A DNA stretch of 64,000 bases from Torpedo marmorata (lineage: Eukaryota): the NCBI GenBank assembly GCA_977017645.1, contig OZ360230.1, positions 75,268,001 to 75,332,000 of the forward strand, written 5' to 3'. Shown one piece after another: positions 50,610 to 64,000 of this stretch. The stretch's first letter is position 1. Every line of letters begins with the position of its first letter. A program made the translations under genes and the position numbers. The notes under the pieces were generated by a model. It saw only the letters and a list, made by a program, of their open reading frames with translations. It did no database searches and had not been told where the DNA came from.

Positions 50610-51045
50610 AAAAACATAACAAATGGAAGAGCTCTCATGCCTTTTCTACCATTTCATAAGGTCAAGGCTAATCTCTTGCCTCAGCAACATCTATTAATAT
50701 TTAATAATCTTCCAATATTTGTTTTTAACAAAATCAGTGTCTGGACCTCCACAGCCTTCTTAGGGAGTGATATCCAAAGATTCACCACGCTCTGGACGAG
50801 GAAGTTTCTTGTCAGTTCTGTCCAGATGGCTTCCATTCTTGCTTCTGCACACATGAGCTTGGACAAATATCATCCCTACATCAGACTATTAGCCCCATAA
50901 GAATCTTGTACATATAATAAGATCACTTCTCCTTCATCCAAACTCATGACAACATTGACCCAATCTGCTTAATCACTTCACACACAACAAAGCACTAAGC
51001 TAGGAATCAGTCTGTTGACCCTTCACCACACTGCCTTTATTACAA
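50610..51045 (-). mobile_element. Degraded CR1 3' fragment
   Basis: TRNFLVQSVVNLWISLPKKAVE resembles CR1 RGNFFTQRVVGVWNELPAEVV. Confidence 0.65.
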
Positions 51046-51048
51046 TTA

Positions 51049-51258
51049 CAGTAAAACTCATGGTATACGGCACCTATGGGGATTGGTAGATGCTGGATAA
51101 GTGAATTTTACAGTTGCTTGAGATAGTGTGTTGCCTGGATTGACAAGGCGCACCAATTTTAAACTTCCGTATTTTTTATCTATTTATTTTCCACGATTTT
51201 TTTGCCAGTTGCTTGATGCTGCCGGTTGCTTGAATTCCGGATAACAGGGATTTGACTG
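51049..51258. mobile_element. Tigger/pogo-like MITE (copy 2)
   Basis: TA-CAGTAAAACTCATGGTATAC ... GGATAACAGGGATTTGACTG-TA; homologous to 18476-18704. Confidence 0.8.
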
Positions 51259-51582
51259 TATACCCTTCTTTACATGGGGAAACCCGATCTATGCCATTTC
51301 TGCTCTATTCCTATTAATGTTTGAGCCCATAGAGAATTCTTACCATTATTTGCTGCCCTTCTGCTTCACAGCAAACCACTGAACAAACCAATTTTATTCG
51401 ATTTTCTGAGCTTGGGATCCTTTACTTCTGCTGCCTTTATTCTATTCTTTAAATCTTAGCACCCCACATCTTTCTATTTTGCTTTTTCCTTCAAATAAAT
51501 AATCTTGGAATAAATCATTTGCGACCTGGGTTATTTTACTATTACATTATACTGTGTCAATTCTGCAATTAATTTATTACTC

Positions 51583-52230
51583 TTCCATTGAACCCTATGA
51601 TATTTTTGTTTGGAGATATTAAAATAATTAGTATTAAGATGAAATTAAATATGTATCAAATAGAATTTTTGCGAATTGCTTTAGCTGTTTCTAAGAAATG
51701 CATTGCTATTACATGGAAATCTGATGTAGATTTAGGGTTAGAGAGATGGCATGCAGAACTTCGTTCATGTATACCACTTGAAAAAATTACTTATAATTTA
51801 CGTAATAAATACCATTTCTTTTTGAAAATATGGAGCCCATATATAAAAGCTGTTGGTTTAAGGATTTGAAGATCTCTGGATATCGGATCTGACTGGCGAA
51901 CTATCCTCCACAATAAAATCAGTTTATAGATATACTTTTTAGATTGACATTCTCCTTACACTATTTTTTTTCTTTTTTAAAATTATTTTAGTAGATTAGT
52001 ATGGGCTCCCCGTGCTTTTGGCGTGGTTGTCGGCTGGGCCGTACAGTGTACTGTGCGACTCAGCTGCACCTCATCGGTGAGCCGGTGTGAGTCAGGGGGG
52101 TGGGAGGGTTAGGGAGGGGAGGGAGGGAGGGAGGGGGGGGGTGAAAATGTATCACATGTATTTTGATAATTTTATACTTTAATTTATGTACTTCGTGATT
52201 TAAAATTTTAAATAAAATATTTTTTAAAAA
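51583..52230 (+). mobile_element. L1-clade 3' fragment with a foreign insert in its 3' UTR
   Basis: ORF 51588-51869 same family; flanking direct repeat attctg(c/t)aattaattt. Confidence 0.88.
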
Positions 52231-52644
52231 ATTCTGTAATTAATTTCTCTTTTATTGGTATGAATGCAACTTAATTTCAGATAAGGTGCTTTTGATTTTG
52301 GTTTTATATAATTTTTTCCTGTCTTGACTCTAACTGGAGGGAGACCCTCATTTTATACACTGCCCCTTCTTGCTTATTGGTCTCAATTTTACTACCCCCT
52401 CCCCACTATAACTCTGACTTTCAAAATGATCCCTCGTCAGGAGCTCATCACCCCACCCAACAAAGTTTTACACCATAACTGTAGGTCTTATTATTCAATT
52501 TACTGGATCCAGACCATTTCAATTTAACCCCCTTCCTTCCCCAATACTTGAACCAGTGTCTCATGAATTGAGACCTATATTTCAGGTTTCATATCAACCT
52601 CTAAACCATGAAGAATAATATTTAAGGAATATAAATATGTGATA

Positions 52645-53040
52645 AAAAGATGCTGAAATTTAGAACAAAAGCATAATGCTGGAGGATCCAAGTGAGTCAA
52701 CCAGCATCTGTGAAGGCAAAAGGTATTACGCTGACATTTGAGGTCAAGACTCTGCATTGGAACTGGGTGGGAAGAGGAAGGGAGGGAGGTGGAATAGAAA
52801 AGATGAACAAAGGGAAGAAGAAACTAGGTGGTCCACAACCAGTGCTTCCCTTCCACATGCACTAACTGGTCTGCCCGGTCTTTGTACACCACTCACCTCC
52901 CCTGGTTTCATCTGCTCATCATCCCCTCCACATCCAGTTCCACCTAACACCTACCAGTCTCCATCTGTCCCACCCTCCGTCCCTCTCTCTCCTTCCCCAC
53001 CTACTTCTATTCTATACAAAAGTGATATTTATTTTCTTTT
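52645..53040. repeat. Degraded Penelope-terminal fragments
   Basis: aatgctggaggatccaagtgagtcaaccagcatctgtg, then purine-rich and pyrimidine-rich arms. Confidence 0.45.
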
Positions 53041-56000
53041 TGATGCGTTCATTTGTGAATGTCAGAATAAGAGATAAAGAGAAGATTTCAAAAGGGCCCA
53101 TTCAAATAAAGGCATTTTTGCTGATTTATTTTGATGCTGGCTGATCACATTCTACTTTTGCCAAATGCCAGTTCAGCTGATTCTATTTGTCAAAGCATTT
53201 TAATTCGACCCCATTTCCTTAAATCTCATTACAATTTCTGTAAATGACTAATTCCTACTTCATGGCATACTCAACATTTTCATGTACACAAACAGATTGC
53301 AATAATTTTCTTGTCACTGCAGTTAAATTCACATGTCTGCAGCTCTTTTTAAATGAGTAATGCCATTGTAATGAACAAAAACAGCAGCAGTTAATGTTAG
53401 AGTGCCTGGTGCAGTTTATGGTGATGTTATAGTGACTTATTTAAACTGAACCCATCAGTTGTTTAATTGGCAAATTCAAATGGGCAAAGGCAAAAAGCCA
53501 CTGTGGTGTCAAATCAAACAGACATTTATTAAGCCCATCCAGGTCTTTCTTAAAAGAAAAGAGGCAGTTATTTTTCTTTTATTTACTATTTATCATTTCA
53601 CTCTCACTTTTTCCAAGCATTTATAATTGTATAAATATCTTATTTTTCTGTGTGTCTTGTTGTCAAAGAGAGTTATCTTTCTGATGGATTTTTCAGTACC
53701 ATTATTCAATTTCAATGTTACAATTGGTTGGAAAAGTTAGTAGGTATATTAAATCTGAAAAAAGGGAGGGCTTAATTAAGCTTTGTGGATTTGTTTTTGT
53801 ATTTTTTGACAACAATTTACTTATTGCTATCGATTCAATAAATAGAATAAATTACATTGATGAGATAGTCTTAAAGCAGAAAAAAATAAAAATAATATAC
53901 AATTAAAGCAAAACAATAAAATGATTCAAAATTAAATTATGCAAATGTGGAGAAAAGCAGATTAAGAAAAGGTCTCACAGAAGTTTGCCCCAACACTTAA
54001 AACAACTTCACTATTTTATATTGTTAGACATATCTTCGTTCACATTGAAAACACCTCACAAATCCTCCATAATTGTGAAAATGATGAATTCTGTATAATT
54101 ACCAGTCAGCTGCAATCAGAGACTTCTAACCCTCAATAAGACATGCTCTCAATCACATATTTGGCTAACTGACAGAATGAATGATAAACATGCACACTAA
54201 ACTCGTTGTTACGATAAACACGATAATTAGGGAAAAGGAGATTGATTTTTCTCATGCTGGAATTTTTTAGGAAGTAACTTAAAATCTAAAAACTTGCAGT
54301 TATTTTGGCTTTAAAGTACTTCCAAATTTATGGCATTGTGTACTTCAATGTGTAATCATTTAGTAAAGAAATTTTCTAATTTGAAGAATTTACAGACCTC
54401 ATATTACTGAGTTCTAGATTATAACTCATAATTATTGAGTTTGAGTGGGAATCATATTTTTCATTCACTTAACTTCAACAGAGGCTCTGAAATGTGTGTT
54501 CCAAGTGGCTAATGTTTCCCATTTCTGAAGGAATTCTCTCTCATGCTGCCAGCAATCACGTTGTTATATTTCCCCTTTGTAACTCATATGAAATTATATG
54601 AATGGGTCATCTCTGCTGGCAGTATCTTGTTAGTGGATATCAATAAGGATTTTTCTTTTCTGAAAACACAATAGAGATAAAATGAGAGAAACTTGACTTT
54701 TGCAAAATGGTTAAAATATGTCATTGCAAATCAGTAGTCCGTTCTACAAAAATAAAAATCTATAAATGCAGGAAATCTGCAATCGAAACCAGAAACTGCT
54801 GGATAAAATCATGTCAGGCATCAGATGGGGAAAATAATGGAGTTAACATTTCTGTTCTTCAGATGACAGCTGCTGCCAGCTCTGCTGAAAAATTCCAGGG
54901 ATTTGGTGTTATACATAGGCCAATTTCTATTTATTGCTCACTTGCAATCATTATCACCAATAGTGTGTTGTAAAAAAAAATGTTTGTCTTAACTACGGTA
55001 TATACAATCGGTTGTATGTCACTTCAATAATCCGGGCGAAAATGCATGAAAGATGTTGCATAAATTAGGTAGCATGCCCACTGTTCATTTGGTGGCAGTT
55101 CTGTAGAATCTTGCAAGCAGTGGTTCCAAAAACAGATGCAGTTATAATTCTGAATAGCACCAGAAGAGCACAAATTACCAATGTCAATGAAAGAGTCTAA
55201 AATAACTATATATAATAAAACTATGTAAACAGAGACCATATAAATATATAACAATTACAGCACAGAAACAGGCCAGTTCGGCCCTTCTAGTCCATGCCGA
55301 ACACATTCTCCTACCTAGTCCCACTGACCCGCACCCGGCCCATAACCCTCCAGACCTCTCTCGTCCATATACCTATCCAACTTTTCCTTAAACATTAAAA
55401 TTGAACCTGCATCTACCACTTCGGCCGGAAGCTCGTTCCACACTCCCACCACCCTCTGAGTGAAGAAATTCCCCCTCATGTTTCCTCTAAACTTTTCCCC
55501 CTTCAATCTCAATCTCAATCCATGCCATCGTGTTTGAATCTTCCCCACTCTCAATTGAAAAAGCCTGTCCATGTTGACTCTATCTGTCCCTGTCATAATT
55601 TTAAATACCTCTATCAAATCACCCCTCAACCTTCTACGCTCCAGGGAATAAAGTCCCAGAAACCCAGGCAACATTCTTGTAAATCTCCTCTGCACTCTCT
55701 CTATTCTGTTTATATCCTTCCTATAATTCGGCGACCAAAACTGCACACAATATTCCAAATTTGGCCTCGCCAATGCCTTATACAACTTCAACATGACATC
55801 CCAACTCCTGTATTCAATACTCTGATTTATGAAGGCCAACATACCAAATGCTTTCTTCACCAGCCTATCTACGTGTGACTCAACTTTCAGGGAATTAAGT
55901 ACCAGAATTCCTAAATCCCTCTGTTCTACTGCACTCCTCAATTGTCTTCCATTTAACATGTATGACCTTTGCTGATTAGTCCTACCAAAATGTAGCACCT

Positions 56001-57900
56001 CACATTTATCAGTATTAAACTCCATCTGCCATGTTTCAGCCCACTCTTCTAACTGTCCTATATCCCCCTGGAAGCTTTGATAACCCTCTTCACTGTCCAC
56101 AACACCACCAATCTTCGTATCATCTGCATACTTACTAATCCAATTTACCACCCTAACATCTAGATCATTAATATATATGACAAACAACAATGGACCCAGT
56201 ACCGATCCCTGAGGCACTCCACTAGTCACCGGCCTCCAATTTGACAAACAATTTTCCACCACTACTCTTTGGCATCTCTTATCCAACCACTGTTGAATCC
56301 ATTTCACTACTTCGACATTAATACCTAATGCTTGAACCTTCCTAACTAGCCGCTTATGCGGAACCTTGTCAAATTCCTTACTAAAGTCCATATAGACAAC
56401 ATCCATAGCCTTCCCCTCATCAACCTTCTTAATAACCTCATCGAAAAACTGTATGAGATTTGTTAAACATGATCTACCACGTACAAAACCGTGTTGACTA
56501 CTCCTAATCAATGCTTGTCTTTCCAAATAACTGTCTACACCATCTCTAAGAATACTCTCCATTAATTACCCACCACCGATGTCAGACTCACAGGCCTATA
56601 ATTTCCAGGTTTACTTTTGGAGCCTTTTTTAAACAGCGGGACAACATGAGCTACCCTCCAATCCTCCGGCACCGCCCCCATGGCCAGTGACATTTTAACT
56701 ATTTCTGTCAGAGCCCCCACTATTTGTACACTCACCTCCCTCAGGGTCCTCGGGAATATCCTGTCAGGACATGGAGATTTATCCACCTTTATACTCTTTA
56801 AAATAGCCAATACTACTGCCTCATTAATCTTTATATTATCCATGACCTCACTACCAGATTTCCTTACTTCACCTGGCTCAATATTCCTTTCCTTTGTAAA
56901 TATTAAAGAAAAAATTCATTTAAAATCTCCCCCATCTCCTCTGACTTCTCACATAGCCTACCCGTCTGATCCTCAATGGGCCCAATTTTATCCCTCACTA
57001 TTCTTTTACTTTTAATGTACCTGTAGAAACCCTTTAGATTTATTTTTACTTTGCCTGCCAAAGCAGCCTCATATCTTCTTTTAGCCTTTCTAATTTCTTT
57101 CTTAAGATTTTTTTTACACTCCTTGTATTCCTCCAGGACCCCATCTATTCCCTGCTGTCTATACCTGTTGTACATATCCCTCTTCCTCTGAACCAAATTC
57201 CCAATATCCTTTGAAAACCAAGGCTCCCTATATTTTCTAACTCTTCCTTTAATCCTCACAGGGACGAAACGACTCTGTACTCTCAAAAATTTCCCCTTTG
57301 AATATCCTCCATTTATCTGTTACATCCTTCCCTGAAAATAAATTATCCCAATACACACCCTCTAAATCCTTTCTCATCTCCTCGAAATTTGCCTTATTCC
57401 AATCAAGAATCTCAACCTTAGGCCCAGCCCTATCCTTCTCCATTATCAACCTAAAACTAATAGTATTATGATCACTAGACCCAAAGTGTTCCCCAACACA
57501 AACCTCTGTCACCTGACCTATCTCGTTCCCAAATAGAAGATCCAATACTGCCCCCTCTCTAGTCGGTTCTTCTATGTATTGATTTAGAAAACTTTCCTGA
57601 ACACATTTGACAAACTCCACCCCATCCAGCCCTTTTACAGTATGGGCGTCCAGACAATGTGTGGAAAGTTAAAATCTCCTATAATCACCACCTTATGTTT
57701 ATTACACATATATGCTATCTCCCTCTAAATTTGCTCCTCTAATTCCCACTGCCCATTAGGTGGACTATAATACACACCTATTAGTGTTTTCATGCCCTTC
57801 CCTTCCTCAATTCTACCCAAATAGTCTCACTGGACAAGCCATCCAATCTATCCTGCCATAGCACCGCTGTAATGCTTTCTCTAACAAGCAATGTGACACC

Positions 57901-60900
57901 TCAGAATCAGAATCAGAATCAGAATTTATTGTCATGAACAAGTCATGAAATTCGGTGTTTTGCGGTAGCATCATAGTGCAATTAACATTCATATTATAGC
58001 CATCTTATTTTTTATTTATTTTTTTTTAAAATATTTTATTTAAATTTTTAAATCACAAGATACATAAGATAAAATATAAAATTATCAAAATACATGTGAT
58101 ACATTTTCACCCCCCTCCCTCCCTCCCCTCCCGAACCCCCCATCCCCACTAATCTAATAAAAAATATAAAAATAAAAAGTAAAAATAGAAAAAAAAAGAA
58201 AGAAACAGATAGAATAAGGGGAATGCCATCTATAAACTAATTCTATTATGGAGGTCGAATATGCCAGTAGATTCGATATCCAGAGATCATCAAATCCTTA
58301 AACCCACAGCTTTCATATATGGGCTCCAAATTTTTAAGAAAAAATGATATTTATTACGTAAATTATAAGTAATTTTTTCAAGTGGTATACACGAACGAAG
58401 TTCTGCATGCCATCTTTCTAATCCTAAATCTAAATCACATTTCCAAGTAATAGCAATGCATTTTTTTGAAACAGCTAAAGCAATTCGCAAAAATTCTACT
58501 TGATACATATTTAATTTCTTCTTAATACTGAATTTTTTAATATCTCCAAACAAAAATATCATAGGATCCATTGGAAATATAATCTTAAATACTTTATCTA
58601 AAACATTTTTAACTTTCAACCAAAAATCATAAATTTTGGACAAAACCATGTACAATGTACAAAAGACCCTTCCTCTTTATTACATCTAAAACATAAACCT
58701 GATAATGCCGGATTAAATTTCTTTAATTTTAATGTGTTAAATATAATTGATGAAAAAAATTATATTGAACTAGTCTATATCTAACGTTAATAATCTTCGT
58801 CATACTTAATTTACGTAATTCTTTCCAATGATTTTCGTCTATATTTACATTCAAATCTAATTCCCATTTTAATCTTGATTTATGCAGTCCTACTTTAGGC
58901 ATTTTCCTCTGAAACAATTTATACATTTGAGAAATAAATGTATTAACATCTCCATTAGTAACTAATAATTCTAATTCATTTTGTCTTGGTAAAGTCAAAG
59001 CATAACCTAATTTCTCAGTCAAAAAAGCTTTAATTTGATAATAAGCCAAAAATGTATTATCTAATATATTAAATTTGTCTTTCATTCTTTGAAACGTAAT
59101 AAATTTCCCAGCTTCAAAACAATCACTAATCTTCTTAACTCCTTTTTGAAACCAAATTTTAAATAATTGATTATTAATAGTAAATGGAATAAGTCTATTT
59201 TGATATAAAGGCATCTTTGAAGAAATCAATCCTTTTGCTCCTATTTCCTTATCCGTCTTATTCCATATTTCTAACAAATGTTTAAAAATGGGCGAATTCT
59301 TCTTTTTTATTGATATTAATTTAGAATCTCATTTATAAATAATTTCTTCTTTGAGGTCTTCTCCTATATTATTTAATTCTATCTTAATCCAAGCAGAAGA
59401 TTTAGTTGAATCAAAAAATTCATTGACAAATTTTAATTGAGCTGCTTTATAATAATTTTGAAAATTAGGAAGTTGTAACCCACCCATTTCATAATTCCAA
59501 GTTAATTTTTCCATACTTACTCTTGCTAACTTTCCTTTCCATAAAAAGTTCCTAATAATTAAATTTAAATCTTTTAAAAAATTTTGAGGAATTCCACAAG
59601 GAATTGATTGAAAAAGATACTGAATTCTTGGAAAAATATTCATTTTAATACAATTTACTCTTATTATAACCATCTTATGACATTACTATAAAAAATTATA
59701 AATAATAGTGCACGAAAAGTAAGGCAGTGTCTTTGGTTCATTGATTATTCTGGAATCTGATGGCAACGGGGAAGAAGCTGTCCTTGTGCCGTTGAGCGCT
59801 CGTCTTTAGGCTCCTGTACCTTTTTCCCGATGGTAGCAGAGTGAAGAGGGCATGGCCTGGGTGGTGGGGATCTTTGAGGATAGAGGCTGCATTTTTAAGG
59901 CACCAGCTCATGTAGATGTCCTCGATGGAGTGAAGTTCGGTGCCTGTGATGTCACAGGCCGAGTTAACAACCCTCTGGAGTTTACTCTTGTCCTGAGAGT
60001 TGGCGCCTCCATACAAGGCAGTGATGCAACCAGCCAGAATGCTCTCCACCGTACACCTGTAGATATTTACGAGAGTCTTCAGTGACATACCGAATCTCCT
60101 CAGACACCTCACAAAGTATAGCCGCTGGCGAGCCTTCTTTGTGATTGCATCAACGTGGAGGCTCCAGGACAGATCCTCAGAGAAGTTGACACCCATGAAT
60201 TTGAGGTTCTTGACCCTCTCCACTACTGAGCCCTCGATGAGGACTGGGTTGTGTTCCCCTGACTTCCTCCTGAAGTCCACAATCATCTCCTTGGTTTTGC
60301 TGACGTTGAGCTCAAGGTTGTTGTCGTTACACCATTCAATGAGCTGATCTATCTCCCTCCTGTACGCTTCCTCATTGCCGTTTGTGATTCTGCCGACAAC
60401 TGTGGTGTCATCGGCAAACTTGTAGATGGCATTGGAATTGTGCCTAGCCACACAGTCATGGGTGTATAATGAGTAGAGCAGTGGACTAAGCACGCATCCT
60501 TGGGGTGCGCCTGTGTTGATAATCAGTGAGGAGGAGACATTGTTTCTAATTCGTACTGATGTGGTTTTCCGATGAGAAAGTCAAGGATCTAGTTGCAGAG
60601 TGGGGTACAGAGGCCTAGAGTTTGTAGCTTCTTGACCAGCACTGAGGGAATAATGGTAATGAAGGCCGAGCTGTAGTCGATGAAGAGCAGTCGTACGTAT
60701 GAATTGCTGTTTTCGAGGTGATCCAGAGCTGAGTGGAGAGCCAGCGATATTACTGCAGTGGGTCCAGATCATTGCTTAGGTACATATTAATTCTGGCCAT
60801 GACCAGCCTCTCAAAGCATTTCATCACAGTAGAAGTTAGTGCTACTGGGTGGTAGTCGTTGAGGCAGCCCACACTACTCTTCTTGGGTACTGGGATGATT

Positions 60901-61325
60901 GATGCCCTTTTGAAGCAGGTGGGAACCTCTGACTGCCGCAATGAGAGGTTGAAAATGTCCGTGAACACTCCGGCCTGATGCCTTGCGAGGGTTCACCCTT
61001 TTGAATGATGTTCTGACGTCGCCCTCAGAGACAGATATCACAGGGTCCTCAGCCTTTTCAGGGATTCTAGTAGGCACTGTTTTGTTCTTCTTCTCAAAGC
61101 GGGCATAGAAGGTGTTCAGCTCATCGGGTAGTGAAGCATCACAGCCGTCTATAGTGTTCGCCCTCGCTTTGTAGGCTGTAATGGCCTGCACTCCCTGCCA
61201 TAGCTGGCGTGTATCAGTCTCGAGCTTTTTCCGGAATTGCCACTTTGCTTCAGAGATGGCCTTCCGCTGGTCGTGCCTGGACTTCTTGTAATGATCCCGG
61301 TCCCCGGCCTTAAACTCCCTTGTTC
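57901..61325 (-). mobile_element. Rex1/Babar-like LINE nested in CR1
   Basis: (TCAGAA)n tail at 57901-57925; RT YKFADD ORF 59738-60493; [22 protein letters not shown]. Confidence 0.9.
58009..59661 (-). mobile_element. L1-clade 3' fragment nested in the Rex 3' UTR
   Basis: IKMNIFPRIQYLFQSIP...GGLQLPNFQNYYKAA; TSD tattata(g/a)ccatcttat at 57992-58008 and 59662-59678. Confidence 0.92.
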
Positions 61326-61647
61326 TCGCAACCTCCACCTTTTATCCCCCCTGTTCTTTCACGCCTAAAACAACAGAATCCTGGAATATTTAGCTGCCAA
61401 TCATGCCCCTCCTGCAACCAAGTTTCACTAATGGCTACAAGCTACTAAGGAGACAAAGCTGAGAAGAAATAGATAGAAAAAAATATACAAATAATCATTG
61501 GCAGGAAATTAATGGTTCATTAAATTGTAAAGTAGACCAATAATTGATCTTTCAAGATTCTGCCATTGCAAAATTTAGCAGCACAAGACCCAACGCATTT
61601 TGAACAATTGAAAACACCTTTCCTTTTTGAGCTCTGTCACTCCAGAG

Positions 61648-64000
<2,353 letters not shown>

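Larger units (their letters stand above)
55250..61440 (-). mobile_element. Long CR1 LINE (55250-57900 plus 61330-61440), interrupted by Rex and L1
   Basis: RT ORF 55315-56562 (SQHGFVRGRSCLTNL, GVPQGSVLGP, YADD); endonuclease LDLLFGNE, GSSDH; WQLNIPG segment resumes after the Rex insert. Confidence 0.92.

Noticed and set aside
52002-52096. HDV-like ribozyme
   Set aside because: P1-like (GGCTC/GAGCC) and P2-like (GACTCA/TGAGTC) pairings exist, but there is no P4 or J4/2 strand with the catalytic C

Overview
Eukaryotic, AT-rich intergenic or intronic DNA. It is most likely from a cartilaginous fish (inferred from an HE1/V-type tRNA SINE sharing its tail with CR1 LINEs, plus abundant Penelope, Rex1/Babar and Tx1 elements). 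No intact host gene is recognisable. Most of the window is decayed, heavily nested transposons: CR1, Rex1/Babar, L1 and Tx1 LINE fragments; three inverted Penelope (GIY-YIG) insertions with hammerhead-like termini; three Gypsy LTR retrotransposons (two Mag-like, one nested in the other, and one CsRN1-like with a -1 frameshift signal); a 12.2 kb hAT swollen by four nested insertions; a near-intact Buster/Charlie hAT transposase; and several Tc1/mariner-pogo MITEs. The most striking feature is a 1 kb non-autonomous pogo/Tc2-like DNA transposon (16436-17453, TA TSD, 25-bp TIRs). It carries what looks like a captured 5' coding fragment of dmrt1 (MPN...KKSP-LPKCARCRNHGYVS) fused to a GC-rich minisatellite, i.e. 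a Pack-type element carrying part of a sex-determination gene. A non-autonomous hAT (23950-25874) contains an exon-intron structure plus an apparently spliced copy of the same exons. Family names come from motif recognition by eye, not database searches, and boundaries of old fragments are approximate.
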